Below, piece after piece: positions 1-12,465 of a stretch of 64,000 nucleotides of DNA. Positions within the stretch are counted from its first letter, which is position 1. Each line of letters begins with the position of its first letter. The notes beneath the pieces are model-generated. The model saw only the letters and a list, made by a program, of their open reading frames with translations, was not told the DNA's origin and ran no database searches. This DNA is from Pristiophorus japonicus. Its lineage: Eukaryota. Where the stretch lies: contig NC_091995.1 of the NCBI RefSeq assembly GCF_044704955.1, positions 4,278,001 to 4,342,000 on the forward strand. The letters run 5' to 3'. The position numbers and the translations under genes were made by a program.

Positions 1-510
1 GACCACTTACCCCGAGAGACCAAATCCAGGGACCACTTACACTGAGGGACCAAATCCAGGGACCACTTACACCCAGAGACTAAAGCCTTCGACCACTTAC
101 ACCCAGAGAGCAAATCCAGGAACCAAATAAACCAAATCTAGGGACCACATAAAGCCAGAACCAAATCCAGAGATCACTTACACCGAAGTGTAAATCCATG
201 ACCACTTACCCCGAGAGACCAAATCCAGGGACCATTTACACTGAGGGACCAAATCCAGGGACCACTTACACCCAGAGACGAAAACCACTTACACCCAGAG
301 ACCAAATCCAGGGATCACTTGCACCCTGAGTCCAAATGCACGGACCACATACACCCTGAGATTAAATCCAGAGACCACTTACATTCAGAGACCAAATTGA
401 GGGACCACTTACACCCAGAGACCAAATCCAGGGACCACTTACACCGAGACACCAAATCCAGGGACCACTTACATCCAGAGACTAAATATAGGGACCACTT
501 ACAGCCAGAG
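1..510. repeat. 30-bp minisatellite (GACCACTTACACCCAGAGACCAAATCCAGG)n, about 17 degenerate copies, open at the window edge
   Basis: Head-to-tail units visible directly. The unit length is a multiple of 3, which explains the repetitive ORFs 319-549 and 315-704. Confidence 0.95.
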
Positions 511-1827
511 CCAGTGACAGGATCGGTCCAAGTCAGCATGGATTTATGAAGGGGAAACCATGCTTCACAAATCTTCTGGAATTTTTTGAGGATGTAACTA
601 GTAGAGTGGACAAGGGAGAACCAGTGGATGTGGTGTAGTTGGACTTTCAAAAGGCTTTTGAAAAGGACCCACACAAGAGATTTGTGTGCAACATAAAAGA
701 ACATGGTATTGGGGGTAATTTTCCGACGTGGATAGAGAACTGGTTGGCAGACAGGAAGCAGAGAATCGGGATAAACGGGTCCTTTTCAGAATGGCAGGCA
801 GTGACTAGTGGAGTGCCGCAGGGCTCAGTGCTGGGACCGCAGCTCTTTACAATATACATCAATGATTTGGATGAAGGAATTGAGTGTAATATCTCCAAGT
901 TTGCAGATGACACTAAACTGGGTGGCGGTGTGAGCTGTGAGGGGGACCCTAGGAGGCTGCAGGGTGACTTGTACACGTTAGGTGAGTGGGCAAATGCATG
1001 GCAGATGCAGTATAATGTGGATAAACGTGAGATTATCTACTTTGGGGCAAAAACGCGAAGACAGAATATTATCTGAATGACGGCAGATTATGTAAAGGGG
1101 AGGTGCAACGAGACCTGGGTGTCATGGTTCATCAGTCATTGAAAGTTGGCATTCAGGTACAGCAAGCGCTTAAGAAGGCAAATTATATGTTGGCCTTCAT
1201 AGCTAGGGGATTTGCGTATAGGAGCAGGAAGGTCTTACTGCAGTTGTACAGGGCCTTGGTGAGGCCTCACCTGGAATATTGTGTGCAGTTTTGGTCTCCT
1301 AATCTGAGGAAGGATGTTCTTGCTATTGAGGGAGTGCAGCGAAGGTTCACCAGACTGATTCCCGGGATGGCAGGACTGACATATGAGGAGGGACTGGATC
1401 AACTCGACCTTTATACATTGGAGTTTGGAAGGATGAGAGGGGATCTTGTGGAACATATAAGATTCTGACAGGACGGGACCGGTTAGATGCGGGTAGAATG
1501 TTCCCGATGTTGGGGAAGTCCAGAACCGGGGACACAGTCTTAGGATAAGGCGCAGGCCATTCAGGACTGAGATGAGGAGAAACTTCTTCACTCAGAGTGT
1601 TGTTAACCTGTGGAATTCCCTGCCGCAGAGAGTTGTTGATGCCAGTTCATTGGATATATTCAAGAGGGAGTTAGATATGGCCCTTACGGCTAAGGGGATC
1701 AAGGGGTATGGAGAGAAAGCAGGAAAGGGGTACTGAGGGAATGATCAGCCATGATCTTATTGAATGGTGGTGCAGGCTTGAAAGGCCGAATGACCTACTC
1801 CTGCACCTATTTTCTATGTTTCTATGT
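511..1827 (+). mobile_element. CR1-clade LINE, 5'-truncated (RT + 3' UTR)
   Basis: Translations [34 protein letters not shown]; ends in a (TTTCTATG)n tail. Confidence 0.95.
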
Positions 1828-2670
1828 TCAGTTCCATTCACAACTCCTCAGATAATGGAGCAGTCCATGCCTGCACACAGCAAGACCTGGACAACATTTA
1901 GGCTTGGGCTGATAAGTAGCAAGTAGCATTCGCACCACACAAGTACCAGGCAATGACTATCTCCAACATGCGAGAGTCTAACCACCTCTCCTTGATATCC
2001 AATAGCTTTACCATCACCAAATCCCCTACCAACATCCTGGAGGTCACCATTGACCTGAAACGTAACTAGACCGGCCACATAAATACTGTGGAAACAAGAG
2101 CAGGTAAGAGGCTGGGTATTCTGTGCCGAGTGTCTCATCTGCTGCCTCCACAAAGCCTTTCCACCATCTACAAGGCACAAGTCAGGAGCGTAATGGAATA
2201 CTCTCCACTTGCCTGGATGAGTGCAGCTTCAACAACACTCAAGAAGCTGGACACCATCCAGGACAAAGCAGCCCGCTTGATTGGCACCCCATCCAACATC
2301 TTAAACATCCACTCCCTCCACCACCAGCGTACCGTGGCTGCAGTGTGCACCATCTACAATATGCACTGTAGCAACCCGCAAGGCTTCTTCAGCAGCACCT
2401 CCCAAACTCGCGACCTCTACCAGCTAGAAGGACAAGGGCAGCAAGATCATGGGAGCACCACCACCTCCACGTTCCCCTCAAAGTCACAAACCATCCTGAT
2501 TTGGAAGTATATCAGCATTCCTTTTTCGTCGCTTGAACTCCGTCCCCAACAGCACCTGCAGCGGTTCAAGAAGGTGGCAAACCAAAATCTTCTCAAGGGC
2601 ATTTAGAGATGGGCAATAAATGCTGGCCTTGCCAGAGATGCCCACATCACTTGAACGAATAAAAATAAAT
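1828..2670 (+). mobile_element. 3' part of a second LINE family (same family as 20675-23850)
   Basis: IYKAQVRSVMEYSPLAW...LDTIQDKAARLI; 3' end GGGCAATAAATGCTGGCCTTGCCAG followed by an A-rich tail. Confidence 0.85.
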
Positions 2671-2725
2671 CTTTCTGAGTTATTTTACCAAACGGTGCAG
2701 AGTTTCAGTAAAGAGCATGTCCTAC

Positions 2726-2748
2726 TTCCTCTTCCGACAAGCTTCCTC
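2726..2748 (-). pseudogene. Orphan TRIM 23-nt micro-exon (EEACRKR), inverted paralogue of 20611-20633
   Basis: Reverse complement reads ttatttcag|GAGGAAGCTTGTCGGAAGAGGAA|gtaggac. Flanks 2670-2842 match 20520-20680. Confidence 0.8.
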
Positions 2749-2831
2749 CTGAAATAAATAAAACACAAACAGTGAGGACATTAAAAGACTTCAGCAGGAT
2801 ACAAACAGGCTGGTAAAATGAGCAGACAGCG

Positions 2832-3951
2832 GGCAGATAAAAGGTTACTGCACAAGATAAAAGTTCACGGAGTTGGGGGTAATATATTTGCATGGATAGA
2901 GAATTGGCTAACTAACAGAAAACAGAGAGTCGGGATAAATGGTTCATTCTCTGGTTGGCAACCAGTAACTAGTGGTGTGCCGCAGGGATCAGTGATGGGA
3001 CCCCAACTATTTACAATCTATATTAGCGACTTGGAAGAAGGGACTGAGTGTAACGTAGCCAAGTTTTCTGACGATACAAAGATGGCAGGAAAAGCAATGT
3101 GTGAGTAGGACACAAAAAATCTGCAAAAGGGCATACACAGGCTAAGTGAGTGGGCAAAAATTTGGCAGATGGAGTATAATGTTGGAAAGTGAGAGGCCAT
3201 GCACTTTGGCAGAAAAAAAATTCATAGAGCAAGTTATTATTTAAATGGAGAAAGATAGCAAAGTGCTGCAATACAGCGGGACCTGGGAGTACTTGTGCAT
3301 GAAACATAAAAGGTTAGTATGCAGGTACAGCATGTGATCAGCAAGGCCAATGGAATCTTGGCCTTTATTGCAAAGGGGATGGAGTATAAAAGCAGGGAAG
3401 TTTTGCTACAGCTATGCAGGGTATTGGTGAGGCCACACCTAGAATACTGCGTGCAGTTTTGGTTTCCATATTTATGAAAGGATATACTTACTTTGGAGGG
3501 AGTTCAGAGAAGGTTCATTAGGTTGATTCCAGAGATGACATCAGTCATTGAAAGTTGGCATGCAGGTGCAGCAGACGGTGAAGAAGGCAAATGGTATGTT
3601 GGCCTTCATAGCTCGGGGATTTGAAGATAGGAACAGGGAGATCTTACTGCAGTTGTACAGAGCCTTGGTGAGGCTTCACCTGGAATATTTTGTTCAGTTT
3701 TGGTCTCCTAATCTGAGGAAGGACGTTCTTGCTATTGAGGGAGTGCAGCGAAGGTTCACCAGACTGATTCCCGGGATGGCAGGGCTGACATATGAGGAGA
3801 GACTGGATCGACAGGGCTTGTATTCACTGGAGTTTCAAAGGATGAGGGGGGATCTCATAGAAACATACAAAATTCTGATGGGACTGGACAGGTTAGATGC
3901 AGGAAGAATGTTTCCGATTTTGGGGAAGTCCAGAGCCAGGGGACACAGTCT
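2832..3951 (+). mobile_element. Two abutting CR1 RT fragments of different subfamilies (junction about 3540)
   Basis: [10 protein letters not shown] and FSDDTK, then a restart at catcagtcattgaaagttggc with LHLEYFVQFW. Confidence 0.9.
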
Positions 3952-4500
3952 CATCATCATAGGCATTCCCTCGGAATCGAGGAGGACTTGCTTCCACTCC
4001 CAAAGTGAGTTCTTTGATGGCTGAACAGTCCGATACGAGAGCCACAGACCCTGTTACAGGTGGGACAGACATTCGTCGAGGGAAGGGGTAGGCGGGGCTG
4101 GTTTGCCGCGCGCTCCTTCCGCTGCCTGTGCTTGTCCTCTTCATGCTCTTTGCGTTAAGACTCGAAAAGAGTTCGCCCAGATGCATTTTCTCCACCTCGG
4201 GCGGTCTGTGGCCAGGGTCTCCCAGGTATCAGTGATGATGTCGCACTTTACCAGGGAGGCTTTGAGGGTGTCCTTATAATGTTTCCGCTGTCCTCCTTTG
4301 GTTCATTTACCATGAAGGAGCTCAAAATAAAGCATTTGCTTAGGGAGTCTCGTATCTGGCATGTTTACTATGTGCCTTGCCCAGCGAGGCTGATCGAGTG
4401 TGGTCAATGCTTCAATACTGGGGACGTTAGCCTGGTCGAGGACACTGATGTTGGTGTTCTTATTATGTTCTGATGCTGCTCTATAAATGCACGTTGGGTC
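3952..4500 (-). mobile_element. RTE-clade LINE 3' fragment
   Basis: Minus-strand [22 protein letters not shown]; ends in GCCTATGATGATGA; homologous to 57805-58465. Confidence 0.8.
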
Positions 4501-4514
4501 TTTCTTTACCAAAA

Positions 4515-4850
4515 AGTAAATGTTGGTCCCTTCGAGGACGAGAACATGGAATTAGTGATGGGGAACATGGAGATGGCAGAAACTCTGGACAAATATTTTG
4601 TATCAGTCCTTACAGTAGAGGACACTAAAAATATCCCAACAAAGAATGGTCAAGAGGTATGGGGGTGGGGGGTGGGGGGTCGGGGGGGCAGAACTTTACG
4701 CAATCACAATCACAAAGGAGGAGGTACTCAGTAAGATAATGGGAGTAAAGGCGGATAAATCCCCTGAACCAGTAGGGAAAGTGGATGCATTGGTTGTAAT
4801 TTACCAAAATTTATTGTATTCTGGGGAGGTCCCAGCCGATTGGAAAACTA
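4515..4850 (+). mobile_element. CR1 ORF2 internal fragment
   Basis: MAETLDKYFVSVLT; KADKSP; GEVPADWK. Confidence 0.8.
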
Positions 4851-4950
4851 CAGTGCCAGATCACTATAACTTGCTGTGTAAGAATGTTTCCTGTCATTTC
4901 CTCCCGGATTCCCCCAATTAACTTCAGACCTCATTTAATTTAAATTGCAG

Positions 4951-5241
4951 GTGAAAATGAACACAATCCTACATCCTTTGAGGCAGAAGAAAACGTCTTT
5001 TGATAATTTTGAGTTTAAGCAGTAAGAGAGCATCTCAGAAATGAAGGTGAATTCTCAGTGGGCTGATGTGCGCTGTGTATGTTCAGGTAGCGTGTTATGC
5101 ACCCCATGTCTGGTTAACAGAACTCTAACAGTGCATTTTCAGCACCGTGGCTTGGTGTTTATTAAGCATTGTCATCAGTGTGCTGGTGACCTGCAATAGT
5201 TTTGCTTCCTTTTTTAACAAACTCTTTAGTCTTCACAGGAA
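4951..5241 (+). pseudogene. TRIM fragment B (lineage 2): 96-nt exon 4951-5046 plus first codon of the next exon
   Basis: ttgcag|VKMNTILHPLRQKKTSFDNFEFKQ*ESISEMK|gtgaat with TAA at 5023-5025. The next acceptor cttcacag|GAA at 5239 is cut off by a CR1. Inverted homologue of 12640-13040 and 45930-46320. Confidence 0.75.
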
Positions 5242-6558
5242 TGTCACAGCAGCGCATTTGGAAAGAGGTGACATGATAGGTCCAAGTCAGCATGGATTTG
5301 TGAAAGGGAAATCACGCTTGACAAATCTTTTGGAATTTTTTGAGGATGTTTCCAGTCGAGTGGACAAGGGAGAACCAGTTGATGTGGTATATTTGGACTT
5401 TCAGAAGGCTTTCGACAAGGTCCCAAACAAGAGATTAATGTGCAAAGTTAAAGCACATGGGATTGGGGGTAGTGTGCTGACATGGATTGAGAACTGGTTG
5501 TCAGACAGAAGCAAAGAGTAGGAGTAAATGGCAGGCAGTGACTAGTAGGGTACCGCAAGGTTCTGTGCTGGGGCCCCATTAATGATTTAGACGAGGGGAT
5601 TAAATGTAGTATTTCCAAATTTGCGGATGACATTAAGTTGGGTGGCAGTGTGAGCTGCGAGGAGGATGCTATGAGGCTGCAGAGCGACTTGGATAGGTTA
5701 GGTGAGTGGGCAAATGCATGGCAGATGAAGTATAATGTGGATAAATGTGAGGTTATCCACTTTGGTGGTAAAAACAGAGAGACAGACTATTATCTGAATG
5801 GTGACAGATTAGGAAAAGGGAAGGTGCAACGAGACCTGGGTGTCATGGTACATCAGTCATTGAAGGTTGGCATGCAGATACAGCAGGCGGTTAAGAAAGC
5901 AAATGGCATGTTGGCCTTCATAGCGAGGGGATTTGAATACAGGGGCAGGGAGGTGTTGCTACAGTTGTACAGGGCCTTGGTGAGGCCACACCTGGAGTAT
6001 TGTGTACAGTTTTGGTCTCCTAACTTGAGGAAGGACATTCTTGCTATTGAGGGAGTGCAGCGAAGATTCACCAGACTGATTCCCGGGATGGCGGGACTGA
6101 CCTATCAAGAAAGACTGGATCAACTGGGCTTGTATTCACTGGAGTTCAGAAGAATGAGAGGGGACCTCATAGAAACGTTTAAAATTCTGACGGGTTTAGA
6201 CAGGTTAGATGCAGGAAGAATGTTCCCAATGTTGGGGAAGTCCAGAACCAGGGGTCACAGTCTGAGGATAAGGGGTAAGCCATTTAGGACCGAGATGAGG
6301 AGAAACTTCTTCACCCAGAGAGTGATGAACCTGTGGAATTCTCTACCACAGAAAGTAGTTGAGGCCAATTCACTAAATATATTCAAAAGGGAGTTAGATG
6401 AAGTCCTTACTACTCGGGGGATCAAGGGTTATGGCGAGAAAGCAGGAAGGGGGTACTGAAGTTTCATGTTCAGCCATGAACTCATTGAATGGCGGTGCAG
6501 GCTAGAAGGGCTGAATGGCCTGCTCCTGCACCTATTTTCGATGTTTCTATGTTTCTAT
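5240..6558 (+). mobile_element. CR1 LINE, 5'-truncated, young subfamily
   Basis: ORFs 5147-5521 and 5638-6459 carry CR1 RT motifs; near-identical to 14850-16200; (TTTCTATG)n tail. Confidence 0.95.
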
Positions 6559-7387
6559 ACTGTGTGGGTCCTTTAAATGCTCCCAGAGACAGGCTGCCTT
6601 CCATTATGTTTGGCTGATGGTCATCTTCACTAATAATGTAAATATGAAATATTACAGAAAATAAAACCAGCTCTTCAATATGCTACTTTATAATGTTGTT
6701 CAGTTATTTTTGGAGAGCATGTCGTACCTCTGGTCCTTGGGCGTACCCTCCTGAAATAGACAGAAACACAAATGTTCACGCACAGCACACTGCTGGCAGT
6801 GCTCAAACAGACTAAACAAGGCTCAACTTTGCAGCATGAAAGAGCTCGAGAGTCAACAGTAAAGTGTGGAGCAACTCGCTGATCTCAGCTGCCCAAAACC
6901 TGAAGGAAAAGGTTTGGGCCTTTGAGAGGAGTGGACGGGAACTAATGGAAGGAAATGATTGTAAAGCTAATTAGCAAAGGCCAGTGGATAGTATTGGACT
7001 AATTGAGTCAGAGTTTCGTGAAGTGATGGGCTGGTACTCAATATTGAGGGCGAGTCACTGGGGAGCTGTGACAGGGATTTTTGCAACAGGTACAGGATCA
7101 GCAAGAAACAGAAATAAGTGCTGGAGGAAACCGAGCACATAAGATAATAGAGAATACACTGATGGCAGAAGAACGCTTGTAAAGACACAATGTACAGATA
7201 TAGGAACATAGGAACAGGAGTAGGCCATTCAGCCCCTCGAGCCTGTCCACCATTCAATTAGATCAAGCACTAACTCCAAATGCATTAGCCTAATTCATGG
7301 AGGAAGAAGCAATTCAGAAGGTTAGGACATGGTTAAGACAAAGATGCAGTTCGTGGGATGCAGGGAGATTCTGGCTGTAGGAAGGTG

Positions 7388-9754
7388 ACCCTCCCAGGAG
7401 GCTGGTCTGTCGGCCGCCTTCCTATCTCTCGACCAAGGGAAGGCGTTCGACAGGGTGGATCACGACTATCTGTTCGGAACTCTGTGCTTTCGGGTTCGGG
7501 ACGCATTTCGTCGCCCGGATCCGACTTTTGTACGCCGCCGCGGAGTGTCTGATTAAGATTAACGTGTCCTTGATGGCGCCCCTTCGCTTTAGGAAAGGGA
7601 TGTGCCAGGGATGCCCCATGTCCGGTCAGTTATATGCCATCTGCGTGGAGCCTTTCCTGCGCCTCCTGCGGACAAGTTGACGGGAGTGGCTCTGCAAGGG
7701 CCGGGCGTGGAGGTCGTCCTCTCGGCTTACGCCGATGACGTGCTCCTCACAGTAGAGGATCCCGTTGACCTGCGGAGGATGCGTGAGTGCCAGGAGATTT
7801 ACTCGGCCGCATCCTCCACCAGGATCAACTAGGAGAAATGTTCCAGACTCCTGGTGGGTCAGTGGCGGGTGGACTCCCTGCCGGAGGAGCTCAGGCCTTT
7901 TGCCTGGAGCATGACCTATCTCCTCTATCTGGGAGTCTACCTTAGCCCCGACGAGGAAGCCTGGCCGGCGAACTGGCAAGAGCTGGAGGCCAAGGTCGCC
8001 GCTCGCCTAGGGCGCTGGACAGGACTGCTCCGAGTGCTGTCCTACAGGGGTCGAGCGCTAGTCATAAACCAGCTGGTGGCCGCTATGCTGTGGTACCGGC
8101 TGGTCACTTTGACCCCTCCCCCTGCGTTTGTCGCCAAGATACAGAAGAATCTGGTGGACTTGCTCTGGAACAACAGGAAGCACTGAGTCTTTGCCGCGGT
8201 CTTGAGTCTCCCGCTTAGGGAGGGCGGTCAGTCGTTGGTGTGCGTCAGCACCCAGCTAGCGACTTTCCGTCTTCAGACCCTGCAGAGATACCTTTACGTC
8301 GAGCCTCCTCCTAGGTGGCGTGCGCTGACGACGTATTTCTTCCACCAGCAGTACAGCCTCAACTACGACACGCAGCTCCTGTTTGTGAGCTTGGGGGGCA
8401 TCAGGACCGCCGTCCAGGGGCTGCCTGTCTTTTACCAGGAACTCAACAGGGTCTGGAACAAAGTCTCCACCAAGCGCAGCTCTCCACCGGCTGGAGTGGC
8501 GGCTGTCCTGCAGGAGCCGCTGCTCGGGAGTCCGTATTTCCACGACCGAGGTTTTTGGTGGCAGTCGGACGAGAGGACTGTGGCTGGCGAGGTGACCAGG
8601 GTCAGGGACCTGCTCGATGGCGGAGGAGCGGGCTGGATGGCGCCAGACATGCTGGCACGGCGCCTAAATTCGGCCGACGTCCGCCGCGCGGCCGATGCCA
8701 TCGAGTCGCTAAAAACAGCTCTGGGTCCTGACTCCGTTAGGTGCATCGAGGAGGCTCAAGCACGTGGGGAGATCCCATCCGAACTGACCCCCCTCCGGAC
8801 GTAATTCCTCATCGGCGCCAAACCCCGGAACCTCCCTTGGGAGCCGGCGCCTCACAACTTGAGCTGCCTCGGGGAAATCCCCTCCGTGCCTTTCAGTTCT
8901 GCTGCTCCTGCACACTCGCAACCTTGCCATCTGGACACGCCATGGCATACCATCTTGCCATCGGAGGAGGCGGGGGTCCCCAATGGAGTGCACTCTATGC
9001 GGGAGTCCTCCCACTATTTATTGGGGACTTGGCCTGGAGTGTGGTGCACGGAGCAGTGCCGTGCAATAAATTTTTAAGCCGGTTCACGGGCTTCCAGGCC
9101 GCCTGCAATTTCTGCGGTCTGGAAGAGTCCGTATTCCATGTTTTTATGGAATGTACGTGGTTGCAGCCCCTGTTCCATTATTTAAAGGGGTTGCTCCTGA
9201 AATTATGGTTGCACTTAAGTCCCACACTCCTGATCTTTGGGCACCCTGTGCAGAGGGGAGCGGGTAGGTCCAAGGGTCTCCTCGTAGGACTGCTCCTGGT
9301 TACACGGCCAAGGGGGCCATCAGCCGGTCCAGGCAGCGGGCCGTCGAGGGGGTCGTTCAGCCTGACTGCCTGCCTCTCTTCCGTGCGTACATCCGTGCCA
9401 GGGTGTCCTTAGAGATGGAGCACGCGGTGTCCACCGGTGGTACGCTCGTGGCCTTCCGCGAGAAGTGGGCGCTGGAGGGACTGGAGTGCATCATCACCCC
9501 CGGCAACCAAATTTTAATTTGATTTTATATGTTTTAAAGTTTAATTTGTTTTAATTGACGGGTTTTAGTGTTCCCCTCCCCTTTTATAGGGGGCACTTGT
9601 AAATTATATGATTTTAATGCCCCCCCAAAAAAATCACAAAACAACCCACAAAAAAAAACAAAAAATAAAAAAAAGAGGGCCGTTAAAAGTGTCTGGAGTG
9701 CCCCCAGTTCGGGGGTCACTCGATCCAATGTTTATTTTGTCCCCCCAAAAGAGT
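7388..9754 (+). mobile_element. Tx1/L1-clade non-LTR retrotransposon, 5'-truncated
   Basis: SAYADDV RT motif, YLGVYL, GRALVINQL, C-terminal CxxC..ESVFHVFMEC knuckle; GC-rich body. 12-bp TSD with one mismatch: TGTAGGAAGGTG 7376-7387 and TGTAGGGAGGTG 9755-9766. Absent from the paralogue at about 43460. Confidence 0.9.
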
Positions 9755-9894
9755 TGTAGGGAGGTGGGTGATGAGTGTGGTAATGATGATGAGTTGGTTA
9801 CCTAGAGATAAGTCTATGCACATTGAAGAAAAATGACAAAAAGGTACTGGAGGAGCAGGAAGGACTAAATGACAATGTAAGAAATCCTGTAAGG

Positions 9895-10771
9895 TTGGGT
9901 GGGCAATTATTTTAGCTGGAGGGCCATTTAGCAAGTTTTGGTGAGCTATTGAGGGCTGCCCATCAATGTTACACCAAACGCGCGGTCCTACGCAGGCCGC
10001 TCCCCGACTCCTGCAGCTGGAAGAGATATTGCACATGCATGGCTGCATAGTTGCCGGGCGTGCAGCAAATTTAATGCGACCGCGCTCAAAAAATAATTTG
10101 TGGGAGGATTGCATAAACATTACCATTGCATAACCAGAAATTCAGAGACTAGTCAGATGCTATCTTACATTCACAACATGTATTCGATACTGCTTAGAAA
10201 TTGAAGATAAAAATTGAAAATGTTGTGGTATCTTCTGGTCTCTGCAACTCAGTGCTGTGAAATAGAAGTGTTCCCTCTTGAGAGCCTGTGTCAGCATCAA
10301 TTTCCCAACTCAGTCATCCTCATGTCCCGCTGCAAAGATTACTAATATGGTCCCAATTGGTGTCAGCTGACAACTCCCCTGCCATCGTACTCTCCCGGGA
10401 GAGGAAAGATGCAGCCCGTCACTTTCTTCGTTAAGAGTTGTGGAGATGAGCAGCCATGACTCCACTCTACAATGTATAGGGCATATTCCAGTACGCAGTG
10501 CATTCTGGGTACGGACGTCCGCCACAGGGGCCCAAAATTACAGAACGGATCCTTTCATGATCGAGCCAGGGAGGATCGCTTTAGCGAATTATTGATTTGA
10601 ATGAAGTATTACTATGGTTTTTCCCTGGCTGTAGTTCAGGTCTATCTCTGACCCATGAGGAGTGAAAGTGAACAGACGAATGTGCAGCTCGAGCTCCGGC
10701 TCGCATTCTACTTCTGTCCCATCCAGCGGGCCGGATAGAATGACTTGCCGGGCCGGATATGCCCACCAATG
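9895..10771. mobile_element. Non-autonomous hAT-like DNA transposon
   Basis: 8-bp TSD CTGTAAGG at 9887-9894 and 10772-10779; imperfect TIRs (TTGGGTGGGCA ... TGCCCACCAATG); empty site in the paralogue at about 43585. Confidence 0.7.
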
Positions 10772-11559
10772 CTGTAAGGGCTCTGAACCCGCCCATGCAA
10801 GGATGGTCTTAGAAAATCAAGGCAATTTCCTTTCTTATACTTCCTGTTTTTGGTGCAAAAGGTGTTTACAAAGAAAATCGCAAATATGAATAATTGCCTG
10901 TCAATCTGCTGCGGAAATAATACTGGGACTTTGAAAAGTAAATGGCGTTTATCTTGTGACAAAAAAGAGATGACCAAATAAAAACAATGGAACTGGTCAG
11001 GAATGTTGAAGTAGCTGAAAGAAGCATTTACATTGGATAGGAGAGGGAAGGTCAGGAGGAAAGGTGATCCACATGACATTGATTAAAGAGTGGAATCTAG
11101 ACAGCAGGTGGGTGATATACAAGAACCAGGTAACATTAACAAGGGTAAACTAGGGGCCAAAAGATGGGAACATCTACAGTAAGCTGTATAGACATGAATG
11201 CTGGGAACTACAGTGTTGTGGGAATATTATAAACATGGCTGACTGCAGAGGATGGCGCACAGGGACAGGAGGAGCCTGTTCCATCATTCAGTTAGATCAT
11301 GGCTGATCTGTACCTCAACTGCATTTACCCGTTTTTGCTCTATATCCCTTGATGCCCTTAACCAACAAAAATCTACCCATCTCAGTCTTGAAAATGTTGA
11401 ATTGCTTGATCCTCGCATTCAGTCTTTTGAGGGAGAGTGTTCCAGATTTTCACAACCCTGTGAATTAATTAAAAACAAAAAGTAGTATTAAGACAGAGCA
11501 GACAGCAAGGATGTGATGTGGGCCTGGATGTTAAAGACACCGAGGAGATTAAAGCTGTT

Positions 11560-12465
11560 CATCCTGTGAAAGAGCTGTCCAATTTATTCCCACACACAAG
11601 CCTTTTCCCCATAACCCTGCAAATTAATCCTCTTCCAGTAAATGTGCAATTACCTTTTGAAAGTCCCCATCGAATCTGCTTCCACCACCCTTTCAGGTTC
11701 CAAATCTTAACAACCCTTTGTGAAAAAATATCTCCACATTTCCCCTCTAGTTCTCTTGCCAATTATTTTAAATCTATGATCTCTGGCTACCGATCCACTT
11801 GCCAGAAGAAACAGTTTCTCCCCGTTTTCTTAATCAAAACCCCTTAGAATGGTCAATATCTCTATTAGTTGTCCCCCTTGACCTTGTCTGCTCCAAAGAG
11901 AACAATCCCAGCTTCGACAATCTCTCCACGTAACTGAAGTTCCTTATTCCTACTATTTTCTATGTTTCTATGATCCAGTAAACCCACTTCTTACCCTCTT
12001 CAAGACCACAACATCCTTCCTTAAGTGTGGTTTCCAGAATTCTACACAATACTGAGGCCTAACCAGTGATTTGTAAAGGTTCAGCATGACTTCCTTGTTT
12101 TTGAATTCAGTGCCCCCATTTACAAAGCCAAGTATCCCACAAGCTTTCTTAATTGTCTTATCAACTCGCCCTGCCACCTTCAAAGATTTGTGAACATTTA
12201 CCCCAGTTCCTTCTGTTTTGCACAACCCTCAAAATAATACCATTTAGGTTATACTGTCTCTCCATGTTGTTCCCGCCCAAAGTGCATCACTTCACACTCA
12301 TCCGCATTAAATTGTATCTGCCATGTGTATGCCCATTTCACCAGTCTATGTCCTCCTGAAGTCTGCTACTATCCTGCTCACTATTCACCACATTGCCAAG
12401 TTTTGTATCACCTACAATCTTCAAAATTGTACTTTCTATCCCCAAGTTCAGGTCATTTATCTACA
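11560..12465 (-). mobile_element. Old degenerate CR1 fragment truncating the coiled-coil exon of TRIM A
   Basis: KKACGILGF..LYKSLVRP.QYCVEFW; orthologous position to 44900-45770. Confidence 0.8.

Noticed and set aside
1-510. 30-bp repeat array as CRISPR or as a repetitive protein (RDHLHPETKS)n
   Set aside because: Units are contiguous with no unique spacers, there are no cas genes, and the context is eukaryotic. The ORFs arise because the unit is a multiple of 3.
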